A stretch of 64,000 bases of DNA from Eledone cirrhosa (taxonomy: Eukaryota): positions 100,006,001 through 100,070,000 of the forward strand of contig OZ024745.1 of the NCBI GenBank assembly GCA_964016885.1, given 5' to 3'. A program made the position numbers and the translations under genes. Numbering within the stretch: the stretch's first letter is position 1; every line of letters starts with the position of its first letter. Positions 34,802-48,170 of this stretch are shown one piece after another. Under the pieces are notes generated by a model. That model was not told the DNA's origin and searched no databases. It saw nothing but the letters and a program-made list of their open reading frames with translations.

Positions 34802-36904
34802 TATAGCGAGGATACTGGGTTGTATGAATGTAACAAAACGAGACATGGTTTGTGTGTATAATATTTAATTAACAATGGTAGATAGTATAGTTGACATGTC
34901 AAAGATGAGGATGATGTTAGAATGAAGCAAAGTTAGTAGTTACCGTTTTGATTGCCAGGCAATGGTGGCTGGCAGAGGACGCCTGGCTAAGGCCTGGCGC
35001 CTGTTGGCCAAATGAATGGCGGAGCCCAATGAGAGGCTCTTGACCTGGTGCCGAAAAGGCAAAGAGAGTTAGAAAGCTTAAAGTTGTTAGTTTTATAGGG
35101 CTCTGACCGGAAGTTGCAGAAAGGGTTCTACTTCCCGTCTAGATCCCAATCAAAACAAGGGAGACAACCGCTACATAACCTCCCGCCAGAATTTTAGTGT
35201 ATAAAAATCGAAATGAAAATATGTAGCAAGTTGGCGAGAATGTTGTAACAGGCATGAAAATTACGACAAAAGAATGTTTGGAAAAATCAATGATAGATAT
35301 CAAGGTAGTCAACCGCTCTTGGCCAGAGAACGACTGGACATCCATCTATCCATCACCCAAAGATACAATGTAATAAAGTAAAAGTAATAGAAGAGCTCAA
35401 AGTTCAAATGTACAAAATATAGTTCACAGGTGTGCAATCACATGACAGCAGGAAAGAAAGTGTGTTCCAGAGAATGAATGCAGGTGGTTTCTGTTCTGTG
35501 GTATATCGTGAAATTTCCAACCTCCGAATGGATTTTCTCACAGGAAGAGTGCTGCAAAAATAAATTCTCTGGCGTTCTGCTGGTTGTTGGTTCGCTGAGT
35601 GAGCGTATTCGGTGTTTAAATTCACAGTAAAAAAATTTTTTTTAGAAAAAATGAGTTGCGCAAAGTGCTAGAAATAGCAGCCGAAGTTGATGGTCGATGT
35701 TGAGAATGCGTTGACCTGGAAGGGTCAAGAGGCCAGCGACCAGAGAAATAAGCATTCTTAATAAATGCGCGGTTATCAACGGTAAATTTACATTGTAAAT
35801 TTATAAACCGGCAAATAGAAGAATATAGCTTAAGGCTGAAGAATCCTTGGCGAGAAATGTTATCTCTGGCGTGCGGCTATGTCTGTGTGTAGAGACATCT
35901 CTGTGAATCGAGAATTTGTGCTGCCTACACGTGCCAATACAAGGTTGAAAAAAATAATATTTCTAACGCGCGAGAAAATGATAGTGCAATTTTGAAAGTG
36001 ACAATGATGAAAAAGAAAGGCTTCACTCAGCATAATTATTGGTGTGAACTTTGGAAAAAAACAAAAAACTTGAACGATGAAGAAAACGATGAACAAAAAG
36101 GCAATGGTTCATCGAAAATAAATGTTCCTGTTGAAATGTTTTTTAAAGAATATCAAATTTCTTTTTTTTTTTTTGTGTGTTTTGAAAGAGTTCGTTGTAA
36201 GAAACGAGAAACATATATATATATATCGTGAAATGTTTTTTTTTTTTTTTTGTTTTGAAAGTGTTCGTTGTAAGAAACGAGAAACATATATATATATATA
36301 TATTGGTGAAATGCGACAGTTAGTTGATGCGTGAGAGAAAAGGTCTGTCTGTACGAAATCCACATGTGCGTGTGTTTCTTTTACTGAGTATTTTCATAGT
36401 TTGTCGCTAAATTTGCTGTGTATTCGTAATGTTACTCACAAAACCAGATGTGCTATTTTTTTATTTTTTTGGGGGGTGACCACTTATAGCGATGAACGGC
36501 TGCGTGTTCGCATCACGTCAGGGTTACCAATATAGCGAGGATACTGGGTTGTATGAATGTAACAAAACGAGACATGGTTTGTGTGTATAATATTTAATTA
36601 ACAATGGTAGATAGTATAGTTGACATGTCAAAGATGAGGATGATGTTAGAATGAAGCAAAGTTAGTAGTTACCGTTTTGATTGCCAGGCAATGGTGGCTG
36701 GCAGAGGACGCCTGGCTAAGGCCAGGCGCCTGTTGGCCAAATGAATGGCGGAGCCCAATGAGAGGCTCTTGACCTGGTGCCGAAAAGGCAAAGAGAGTTA
36801 GAAAGCTTAAAGTTGTTAGTTTTATAGGGCTCTGACCGGAAGTTGCAGAAAGGGTTCTACTTCCCGTCTAGATCCCAATCAAAACAAGGGAGACAACCGC
36901 TACA
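34802..36904 (-). mobile_element. Non-autonomous LTR retrotransposon (2103 bp; Gypsy-like, tRNA-Trp primed)
   Basis: 374-bp LTRs at 34802-35175 and 36531-36904 with one difference seen; - strand ends TGTAGCG..CGCTATA; TSD GTAT; PBS TGGTAACCCTGACGTGAT; PPT-like GGCGGGAGG; no long internal ORF. Confidence 0.92.
36498..36529 (-). promoter_or_regulatory. Primer-binding site complementary to the tRNA-Trp 3' end, extended
   Basis: The + strand ggctgcgtgttcgcatcacgtcagggttacca resembles the eukaryotic tRNA-Trp 3' half plus CCA, and lies 1 nt from the LTR. Confidence 0.8.
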
Positions 36905-38481
36905 GTATTCTTCAGCGAATATTCAGTACCTTTCTTTCCCCAGACTTTTGCCACAGCATTTCGACCAAAATGTTCAATTTTTGTTTCGTCCGACTAAAGT
37001 ACATCTTCGCAGGTTTGATGAGATGCTCATTTGCAAAGTTTAATCGACGAAGAACGTGTTTCCTCGTAAGAAGTGGTGTTTTCCTTGGAGACCTCGAGAA
37101 GATATTATATCGACAAAGTGAACGACTAATTGTATCTGTGGTCACTTTTACTCCACTTTCTTCTAGGTCATCCTGAAGATTTTTAAGAGTATACCGGGGT
37201 TCGTTGCCAACCTTTCTCGTCCATAACCGAGCTGCACGTTCCGTTATCTTTCTAGGACAACCAGAACTAATTAGAGGACAGATGGAATGATGAGATTTCC
37301 AGTGACAAATTATAGTACCAACTGAACTCAATGGCACATTTAACTGACAAGATATCTTTCTATAACCAACACCATTTGTATGAAGGTCTACAATGCGTTT
37401 ACAGAGGTCTTGATCAATCAGTTTATTTTCCCCCATATTGTCCATGTTTACAGGACGGTTGTCAATGTTTACAGGATGGTTGTCAGACAAATAATGATGT
37501 AATGTTTTTAATAGTCCTTAGAAGTTACCTTAAACCTAATCTAGAACATTCTACTGAATTTTAAATCTGAAAATTTAAGAATTTTCTTGAAAAAAAGCGA
37601 TAAATATAAAATGTGTTGTAAACTTTTGCGTTATAAAAATATTGATTTTTCTTCATGTGTTATTTCTTTGTTATTTAAAAAAAAATATGATTGTATCATT
37701 AAATGCCTCATTATATGTTCTATCAGTAGTTAAATTTTCATTACTCTAACTTTATTAAAAATACCTAAAACTGCATTTTTCCTAATGTGTTGTAAACTTT
37801 TGCGGGGCACTGTATATTATATATATATATATTATATATATATATATAGGTGTGTATGTGTACATGTTTCTGTAAAAGTAAATTTTTGCCCCTTAGTTTT
37901 TGGGGGGTTTTATTCTATCTTAAAACTTCACCACTTGTAGAAGATGAAAAAATTGATATCAACAATATACCACTAATTGCGGGCCTTTATAATCTGAGTT
38001 CAAATTCCGCCGAGGTTAACTTTGCCTTTCATCCTTACGGGGTCGATAAAATAAAGTACCAGTAATGCACTGGGTATTTGCTGGCCTTGTGCCTAAAAGT
38101 AGAAACAATTACTTTTTTCATATTTAATTTTTTTTCAATATTTATTTTTTATCTTTTTATTATTTTTTATGTCTTATTTCCCACTCTTTCTGTCTCTCCA
38201 AATTATATCTTTTCTACCCCTCTTCTTAGTCCAGTTGTCTTTTATACAGAGCGGATAACAGTAGAAATATCTTCACTGCAAGATGCGACAAACTTATTTC
38301 GTACTTTGAAATGTTTCTGAAATCTTTCTGAAGAAATGCCATATTTAATTTATTGCTAGTGAATGGGCATAATAATAATATTATCATGCAACCAGCATTA
38401 TGTAGACTTATATTGTATTGAAACATATGTTAAAGAACAAACCTTTGATAAAATTCTTCATTTTTCTATACTTCACGCCTA

Positions 38482-40328
38482 TCATCATCATCATCATCAT
38501 CGTTTAACGTCTATCTTCCACGCTAGCATGGGTTTGGACGGGAATTGTCCCACTTGAGGTAAGATTGGTTGTCTTGCTCGTGTAGGACTGTCTGGCGGAC
38601 TTTTCTACAGCTGGATGCCCTTCCTAACACCAACCACGTTTACAGTATGGACTGGGAGGTTTTTACCGTGTTACCTACATTACAGTGTGGACTGTGTGTT
38701 TTTTTGTTGTGACACCTACACAACCTCATTTATTTTAGACTGGATGTTGTGGTACCAACATAACTTTACATCGAAAGGGGTGGTGTAGATGGGGGTGGGG
38801 GTAGGGGTAGTGGGACGGGGGTGTATTTTGGTTAAGCGGTGCCTACTGACAGTAGGTTTCGCTTTGTATATAGGCAAGGCGGGTCTTCTGTATTACTGTG
38901 TAGCGCCAAAGATCTCGGTCCAGTGACATTGTCTTGGAGAGGTCGGAATTTATCAAGTCGTCCCAGGTTTTTCTGGGTCTGCCTACTCCGTAGCTACCGT
39001 CTATTTTGATCGCCCTGCAGTTTTTATACAGCTATCGTCTTTCATGCGCATCACGTGACCATACCAACGTAGTCTTCTCTCGAGTAAACAGCATCTGATC
39101 CCTCGTATTCCTAATTTCTCACTAAGTTTATTTGTGCTTTGCCGTTCATGTATATTACTATTACACATCCAACGGAGGCATGCAAGCTTCGTTCCTCTCC
39201 AGTCTGCGTAGATACTCTGCACACAATGCCCATGTCTCACTGCCATGTAACATTGCTGTTCGTATGCAGGCATCATACAGCCTGCCTTTCATTTTTAGAG
39301 AGAAACCTTTAACGGCCAATAGTGGTATAAGCTCTCTGAACCTTTTCCATCCCGTTCTGACTCTAGCTACTGTACTTTCAGAGCACCCTCCACCATTGCT
39401 GATTTTGTCATCCAGGTAACGGAAGGTGTCCACTATTTCTATAGAACCATCTGTGCAATGGAATGAGCTAGTATCCTGTGGGCACTTGCTACTACTTATT
39501 GCACCTGAATACCGGCCACATTTAAAATCTATGTTCTTAGTTAGCTTACCTGTGATCCCACTACTCCCACTATATCTTTTATGCACCCATACTTTGCATT
39601 TGGGACATAAAATGGAGTTTCTGCCTACTCCTTTCCTACACACTGAACATGGCCGTTTCCAGGAGGGGACCAGTGCCCTATTTTCCTTCCTACATACTAG
39701 AACTTTGCTCTTAGACAAGTTAATTTTAAGGCCTTTTGATTCTAGGCCATGCTTCCATGTTTGGAATTTCTTCTCTAGTTCAGCCATTGATTCAGCTATG
39801 AGCGTTAGATCATCTGCGTATAGAAGTTCCCATGGGCAGCCGGTCTTGAACTCCTCTGTTATAGCCTAAAGGGCAATAATAAATAGGAGGGGTCTAAGGA
39901 CAGAGCCCTGATGAACACCAACTTTTACGCTAAACTCTTCACTATATTCGTTAATTCTAACCTTGCTGACTGTTTCTTTATACATGGCTTGTATAATTCT
40001 CACAAGCCATTCATCAACAGCTAGTTTTCTGAGAGTCCACCAGATAATGGGGCATGGGACTTTGTCAAAGGCTTTTTCAAAGTCAACAAAAGCTAAGTAT
40101 AGGGGTTTACTTTTAGCTAGGTACTTCTCCTGTAGTTGTTGTACAAGGAAAAGAGCGTCTGTGGTACTTTTACCTGACACAAACTCGAACTGCATTTCAT
40201 CTAGATCAATTCGCTCTCTGATTAGTTGCGCTATTACTTTTTCTGTGACCTCTATCTAGGGCATCTCCTTTACCCTTGTAGCAGTTAATGATGATGCTGC
40301 TACACCAGTCCTTTGGTACGACCCCATT
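38482..40328 (-). mobile_element. RTE family 2 LINE, 5'-truncated, with frameshifted RT domain
   Basis: GKSTTDA, FVDFEKAFDKV, GVHQGSVL.PLLF, LLYADDL and FRYL motifs; (ATG)n tail. Confidence 0.93.
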
Positions 40329-40739
40329 CTAGTATTTGCTTTTCCTATACATTTACACAGTATTACTCCATGATCTTCCACCTGGATACTATAATTAGAT
40401 TCCTCTTATTGGACTATTACTGTAACCTACAAGGACCATGTTGAGAAAAATACTTTGGTAAGCAATCTTACTTGTTTTATTTTTGTTTGTACACTTATCT
40501 ACGCAAACAAACTTTACCGGTACCTTTATTCATATATATATATGTGTGTGTCTGTATATGTGTATGTATAATAATAATAATAATAATAATAATGCAATTA
40601 TAATGTAAAATGCTCAGGTGCACTTTAGTTTATATTAAGACAATATTGATTGACATTTTAAATTTCGGATTGTCAACTTATTTCTTTAAACAAGAAAACT
40701 TTTATAAATAATTACAACCCTAGCCCTCGTCCCAGCCCG

Positions 40740-41513
40740 AGCCCCAATCCTAACCCTAGAAGAAAACTTTTATAAAATCTGTAAATGTCAGATTACGTTT
40801 TTATTCAAAAGTTTAAAAACAGCTTTGCCTTCCACTCCAAAATGCCGAGGAAGCGGGGAGATAATTAAGAAAATTATCTCCCTTAACTTTTTTATGTTTT
40901 CAAGATTACATTTTTCTAAACTATTTTTTTATTTAAAAAAATTAATTTATTAATAAAAAATATCATCCATTACAATTATGGTTTATATATTGTACCTTGT
41001 GGACAGTAACTTTTTCATGTGAAGAGCCTGTAACCTTGATTTGCATATATCTAATGCAATCCCTGAATCCATAATCTGATGTTGTTCAAACCTGAAGTAT
41101 GTGGATCATGTCATATCACCATATAAGACTACACTGAGCAAATGCAGGCTTCAGAGACCTTAACTTTGGAGTTTACTAGACAGAGTTTGATTGCTTGTAA
41201 ATATTTAAAACGAGTGGCAAATTTATCCCTGCCTTGAAAATTCTGCTTTTCGTGATGGTGAATAAACTTGTTCGTGTTAGATAAAATGTTATCTTGCATT
41301 TTGATGTTTAATAAAGCATGTGCATTCTAACCTTTGAAAACTTTAAAAATTTAAGGGAGATAATTTTCTTAGTTATCTCCCCGCTTCCTCAGCATTTTGG
41401 AATGGAAGGTAAAGCTGTTTTTAAAATTTTGGATGAATACATAATCTGGCATTTACAGACTTGTAATTATTTTATAAAAGTTTCCTTCTAGGGTTAGGGT
41501 TGGGGTTGGGGCA
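40740..41513. mobile_element. Fold-back/MITE-like element with ~150-bp diverged inverted arms and CCCTAA-like motifs
   Basis: 40740-40887 is the diverged reverse complement of 41353-41513. Each arm contains the hairpin gggagataa..ttatctccc. Confidence 0.65.
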
Positions 41514-41737
41514 CTAGTCTTGCTCAGGTGTATTCTGGAATAGAACACTAGTCTTACTCAGGTGTATTCTGGAATAGAACACTAGTCTTACTCAGGTGTA
41601 TTCTGGAATAGAACACTAGTCTTACTCAGGTGTATTCTAGAATAGAACATTAGTCTTACTCAGGTGTATTCTGGAATAAAACACTAGACTTACGCAGGTG
41701 TATTCTGGAATAGAACACAAGATTTACTCAGGTGTAT
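41512..41737. repeat. 34-bp minisatellite (~6.5 copies)
   Basis: Unit cactagtcttactcaggtgtattctggaatagaa. Confidence 0.95.
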
Positions 41738-41870
41738 CTATGTCAGCTAAGTCAGTCAGGTGTGCTCAACCATGCCAGGCCATGTTATCTGTCTTTGAAA
41801 GGAAATGCAGAATACAATATGTATATATTTCAGGATCAGGTTTTCTTTAATACTTATGGGAATGAATTAC

Positions 41871-42028
41871 TTTCTGTATAGACTATTAATACTTTTCATT
41901 GATTTTTCGATGACCTCCAACAACTCTACATTAATACTATATTGAGGATTATAAACTGTGTCTGTAGTAGAAGAACTTGAGCTTTTAGTAATAAATGGGG
42001 ATATATTTGAATAAAAACACAAACATAT
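41871..42028 (-). other. Candidate exon of an unidentified minus-strand transcript
   Basis: Acceptor ttgcattatttcag and donor AAA|gtaatt. One open frame: ICLCFYSNISPFITKSSSSSTTDTVYNPQYSINVELLEVIEKSMKSINSLYR. No homology recognised. Confidence 0.3.
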
Positions 42029-42319
42029 CTGAAATAATGCAAGTAAATATAGCATTTATTGCCTATATAGAAGTGATGTTTCCATTAGTTATTTGGTATT
42101 AGAATCCATTTTATTTAGAATTTTCTCTACATAACCAACTTCTGCCATATGCTAACCTAACATTCTCGCCACTTTAGATATCAGAATCATTGACAGAAAT
42201 CGATTACAAGTCAATATTCTGATAACTTGAAGATTGTTACTACTGTAACCAAGAGCTCAAATTCCTCTACATAACCCAGCAAATACTAGTTCTGAGAAAT
42301 AATGAAATTACCATGATTA

Positions 42320-42995
42320 GGTTGGTAAGTTTGATGTCGAGTGCTGCATGGCTGGAATGAAAATCATTGCTGTGAAAAACGAGACACTTGTCTTTCCAAG
42401 GAAGCTTACACAGTGCACTCTACATGTGAGTGGAGTTCCACTGAAGCAGGTAGAGAAGTTCAAATATCTTGAGGCTGTGTTCATAAGTGATGGAAAGCAG
42501 GAAGCTGAATTAAGTGCAAGAATAGCAGGAGTTGATGCAGTAATGCACCAGCTTCAGCATTCAGTAATCAGAAGGGAGGTAGGTGTAAAAATCAAATTCA
42601 CTATCTTCAATTCAGTATTTGGGGCAACCCTTACCTCTGGTCATGATCTTGGGTAATGACCAAAAGAATATGATCAAGAATACAAGTGGCCGAAATGGGG
42701 TTCCTCCGAAGGGTCTTTGGAGTAACGATACTCAATAGAGTGCTTAGCTGAGATCAGAGAGTCGCTCCAGATAGAGTCACTACTTCTCTGAATTGAGAGA
42801 TCACAGCTCTGATACTATGGGCATGTGGTTAGAATGTTACAGAAATAACCCTAGCAAGATTGTTATATAACATCCGTGAGCTCAGCTGGTCTTATGTGGG
42901 GCCCCATCTGGATCATTTGACAGGACTTTCTGGAAGGAGTGTTTGAGGACCCCACCCCATGACCCTCCCAGGAATATGTGGGCAAAGAAGAAGAA
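42320..42995 (+). mobile_element. RTE-clade LINE family 3 with (GAA)n tail (also ~52716-53120 -, ~62030-62395 +)
   Basis: QVEKFKYL..SDGKQE, LTSGH and AEMGFLRRV remnants; GAA tail. Confidence 0.75.
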
Positions 42996-45900
42996 AAAAA
43001 CCATGATTAATTTCTTTACTAGTTTATTTCAACAATTCATTCATATGACAATGTACAAGCAATTGTCATCTATGAGAATAGAAGATTTCTAGAAATGTCT
43101 AACAACCCTAGTGTGCTTACAAGAGACATAGACTTTGCTATAAAATTTAGAACTGAAAACAATTTAGTAGCATACTATAACTTGAGATTTAACAAATTTC
43201 TTTTAAAAGCTTACAAAAATTGAAGAAAATATATAGATTTATTTGAATAAATGATCAGAGAAAGAAAGAGAGAATATATTTACAAAATAATTTAGTTTTT
43301 AATGGGAGTTGTTCCATGGAATAGAAAATTCACCCTGTCGACAACGAAGGTAATTTAAAAATTATCTTAATTTCATTTAAAGTGTAATGCAAATTGAATA
43401 TGTGTGTAGAATGTGAAGACAAAAACAATTAAAATTCATTAAAGATAAAAATACTGTATAAATTTTATTTAAATTTAAATGGTCAAAACATATTTTAAAT
43501 GCATTTTACAATACAGAATGTTTTTGTACCTATTAACTATGTTGAAATATACAATATTACAAATAAAATAAAATAAAATGTAACTAGAAAAGATAATCTG
43601 AAGTAAAAAAAACATCATTTTAATAATTATTTCATTTTTTCCAATTAAAATACTTTCCTAATTTCTTTATTGTTATAGAAAGACAAACATAATATGTAAT
43701 CAATTTCTGAGATAGTTACTCTTATTTGAGATAACTTCTCTAAACTACTAAATTAAATTTATTATTATTTTTTATATAATCAGTAAAAGCATAGAAAATA
43801 CCAGAGAAAAGGTCAGCAAAATAACTTTTAAGTGAGAAAGCTGACAAAAATTTTCCCTTTAGTTTAAGAAATAGAATAATTTAGATGACAAAAACCTGCA
43901 AAAGAAGATTTTAAAAATTAAACAAAATAACACTGGCGTGTTATTTTTTGCACAGAAAAATAGTATTTCAATATTTACTTGAGTGAAGCAATGTTAAAAA
44001 TGCTCCTTAATTTAAATAAATATCAAATTCTCTACATATTTATTCATAAATCCAATATTTCACTGAAATCCTTAAGTTAAAATTAAGGATAATTTTGGCA
44101 AACATTTTCTTTTCTTTAAATTCCTTAAATGAAATTTGCAAGTGAAGATCTGTCTATTGCTTAAAGCATTTTTTAAATATATGTAAAAGATTGAATTAAA
44201 ATAATAAATTGCTATTGTAAATAACCAAAAGTAAACTTTTTATTGTCATATCTTTGTTTAGCTATTTCTAATGATTTGAAAGTAAGAAACAGTATATTCT
44301 AATATACAGGGTAGGCCATAATTAGCTTACTGATTACACAGAAACATAATAATGATTTCCAATTTAGGCACAAGGCCAACAATTTTGAGGGAGGGGAAAT
44401 CGATTATATCGACCCCAGTGCTTTACTGGTTCTTTATTTTATCGACCCTAGAAAGATGTCAGGCAAAGTGGACCGCGGCAGGATTTGAACTCAGAATGTA
44501 AAGAGATGTAACTGAATGCTACAAAGCATTCTGTCTGACGCTCTAAAAATCTGCCAATCAACTGCCCTCTACAAAGAAACATAATGGTTTCTGATTTAGG
44601 CACAAGGCCAGCAAATTGAAGGGGAGGGGAAACATAATAATGGCATACTTGCAAAGGGACAGCATTTCAAATATTTAATGTAACTATAGAAACTATGAAT
44701 TACCTACTATTTATTATGGTTTCTTTTTTTATTCACATTTCTTATTTCTTAACAGTAAGCTAGTAAGGTAATTATGGTCTACCCTCTGCTTCAGAATTAA
44801 GAAACCTGAAGTTCTTAATAACAAACTAACTAGTTATGTTTATTAACAATGATTATGATGATAATGTTGAAGATGAAGGTGATATTGCTAGTAACAACAA
44901 CAACAACAATAACAGAACTAAAATCAAAGGCAGCATCAACAGTAATAGCAGAAAAAGAAAAAAAAATCTTTTTTTAATTATTATTTGGAGCAAAAAGAAA
45001 AAAAAAGCAATATTTTAAAAATATCAAATTTTGAATATTTTGCTCTCTTGATCTAATTAGATTAATTAATAGATTAGATTAGATTCCATTAATATGTTAA
45101 ATGTAATTTTACAGTAATAACCACTTGAAAATAAATTATTACACCAATAGTGACATATTTGTAATATCAGTATTCCTATTTAAAAAAATATTGAAGTAAA
45201 AATTTTATTCAAATTTTAATTGAATTAAGAGAGCTCTTCTACATTTTCAGACAGGGAATGGGTTTACAAAATGTTAAAATATTTTTCAAAATTTTAATAT
45301 AGGAAACAAAAGATTTTTTATAGATTAAAAAATTAAAAACTGACCAAAGATAAAAAAAAAATTGCTAAGTATTCTGAAAGCACAGAGAAGAAAATTAACT
45401 AAAAAGAAAGTTTATAGCATTAAACAAAGTCAGTTGCTATATGCACACTATGTTGCTGGATTTGTGAGAAAGTTATATATAAAACTTTCAGAATCCTTTA
45501 CTTTGACACCACTACATCAAATCCAGTAATATATACAGTTGGGTAATCCATAGAAAACTATATACATATAAAGAGTGGGAAAATATTAGTCAAACACTGA
45601 ATGTTTTTTTTTCTTTTCCAGCATACATAAAGATTAATTCAGCACCAAAATAGAAACAATATGATGCAGCACTTCAATATCTTTTTAATATATCTATTAA
45701 TTCTAAGTATACCATTAAGTGAAAAAGTGACTTCAGTATTTAAGCATAAAGTTTTGTTGTACAAGAGACATAAGTAATTTTTTAGAATGTAGTTTTGGTA
45801 TTAGAACAAACTTTAAGTTTCCAAAATTATTTGATGAAAAGTACTTACAAGCATGTATTTATATACATAATTGGAATTTGATGGATATACACAAGTTTTT

Positions 45901-46081
45901 ATTGATAGTATATATATATATATATATCCAATTTCTTCATAGTATATATGTTCATACATTAATTTTGAACGTGTGTGTATGTTTGTTTGTGTGTTTATAT
46001 TCATATTCATTTTTATGTTCACATATATTCATGTCTGAGTATACTTATATTGTGTGTGTATGCATGTGCATGCACATATAC

Positions 46082-46124
<43 letters not shown>

Positions 46125-46231
46125 ACACATATATATATAATATACATCGCACACACACACACATTTCTAAAGAGTGTATATTTATAAATATTTATGTGTA
46201 TGTGTGTATGCACCAGTTTTTGGACAAGTAA

Positions 46232-46283
<52 letters not shown>

Positions 46284-47332
46284 TTATGCTTTTTTGTTGT
46301 TAAATATATGCAATTATAACATGAGACAACTTTGGGTAGGTTGTAACCAGTCAGAGCTCAGACCTTGTATGAATAGCTGCATAGCGCCACCTGTATATAT
46401 GAGTGTGTGTGTATGTGTGTATTTGTATGTATGTATAAATGAATTGAGAAGACTGCATCCACAAAATAAATCCTTTATTTTTTAGTGTTGAGAATAATAA
46501 GAGTCCCAAATGTTAATAACTTTCAAATAAAGTTTATTTTGATTAATCATATTTCTTCACTGATTTAATAGACTTATTTAAAACATAATTTATTAATTTG
46601 TTACAGATAAAAATTACCTGCTAATGAATATTTTTATATTTTACATTCAGTATGTCTAATAATTTGGAGATAAACAAATTTATTAAAATGTATCTATACT
46701 ATGAGTTGTAGTGCACCTGAGCACTGTACACAATATTTTCATTATTATTATAATTGTTTCTACTTTAGGCACAAGGCCAGCAATTACCCAGTGCATTACT
46801 GGTACTTTATTATTATTATAATATCATTCAGACTGGAAAATAATAATTTCTGCAGAATATTTGAAGTTTAAATATCATTATAAGTTTTGAATATCTGCTT
46901 GAAAGCTACTAAGGTTTTATTTCTCATGAAATGTCCCCAACCCCCACCCCCCAAAAATGGCAAGGGGGGAAAAATTGTTTTTGATATTTCACTTAAATCT
47001 AGATATGTAGAGTTAATGACTTAATGTTGCTGATGTAGAAATGTATAATATATATATATATATACTTGAAATGCTAATCAATGACTGAAATTAGAATTAT
47101 AATCAAGTTATTTTTATAACTAAGATGTTTGTATATAAATAAATCTAAAGAATTAATGACATTTATATTTTTAGTTCAATTTATACTTAGAACATTTATA
47201 ACGGTGAATAAGAAGATACCAACAACAACCCAACACTAGTTCAATTGAGAAACAGAAAATGTTCAGACAAATACATAAACAGAAGAAAGTGAGAATTTAA
47301 TCAACAAATCTTCTGATTCTTTCTACGCTGGT

Positions 47333-47797
47333 TATATAAATTAATATATATATAAAATCAATAATAATGAGTTCAAATCTCAGGCGATCATTTACAATGA
47401 AATAGCTCGAAGAAAGATTATTTCTGAGCCGTGTAATATAGGTTAACACAAATCAATATATTTGATAAACACAAATATCCTCATATTTATGTTTGTATTG
47501 TAAATGACCAAGTTAGCTAGATAGAAATATACTAATAATAATATTACAGTTTGCCTATCATGACTTAAGATAATACATCATAAATCAACAAAAACAAATT
47601 GTATTTCTATCTAGCTAACTTGGTCATTTACAATACAAACATAAATATGAGGATATTTGTGTTTATCAAATATATTGATTTGTGTTAACCTATATTACAC
47701 GGCTCAGAAATAATCTTTCTTCGAGCTATTTCATTGTAAATGATCGCCTGAGATTTGAACTCATTATTATTGATATATATATATATTAATTTATATA
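47333..47797. repeat. Long inverted repeat: 173-bp core arms (47357-47529 and 47602-47774), 72-bp spacer
   Basis: The arms are reverse complements with no mismatch seen on manual reading, and have TA-rich extensions. Confidence 0.92.
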
Positions 47798-48039
47798 TAT
47801 ATATAAAAGATACATTGTCCTGAATATTAAATGTATATGAACACTCATACAGGCCTAGCCATCATCTACTATCTACTTGAAATCATATGTGAATATGTGG
47901 GTGTAATATAAAACAAATCTACACGTATATACACCTATGCAACAATATATGCATCTTCTATGCCCATATTATATAAATAAACTTCCCAATAAGAATGCAT
48001 GTATACATAGATGTGTAAATACATTTATATATGTGCACA

Positions 48040-48053
48040 CACAAACATATACA

Positions 48054-48114
<61 letters not shown>

Positions 48115-48133
48115 CATATGTATAAATATATAT

Positions 48134-48170
<37 letters not shown>

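Larger units (their letters stand above)
34112..37812 (-). mobile_element. Tc1 (DD34E) transposon with IR/DR termini, decayed and interrupted
   Basis: TA|CAGTGCCCCGCAAAAG...CTTTTGCGGGGCACTG|TA. The ~200-bp TIRs each contain gcaaaagtttacaacacatt twice. Transposase runs from ~37439 (HTH region) through SDETK, TVKFGGGSIMVWGCF, QQDNNPKH and SPDLN to GYATKY* at 34329, with stops and frameshifts. Confidence 0.93.

Noticed and set aside
35176-36470. gag/pol coding in the LTR element interior
   Set aside because: Only short ORFs with no convincing retroviral motifs.
41489-41511. TTAGGG as an interstitial telomere
   Set aside because: Only one or two units, within the arm of an inverted-repeat element.
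44836-45018. Asn/Asp-rich ORF on +, signal-peptide-like Leu run on -
   Set aside because: Produced by AAC/GAT triplet repeats; early stop and no splice support.
47370-47415. Hammerhead in the 173-bp inverted repeat
   Set aside because: The core CAGGCGA has two changes and no matching stem I.
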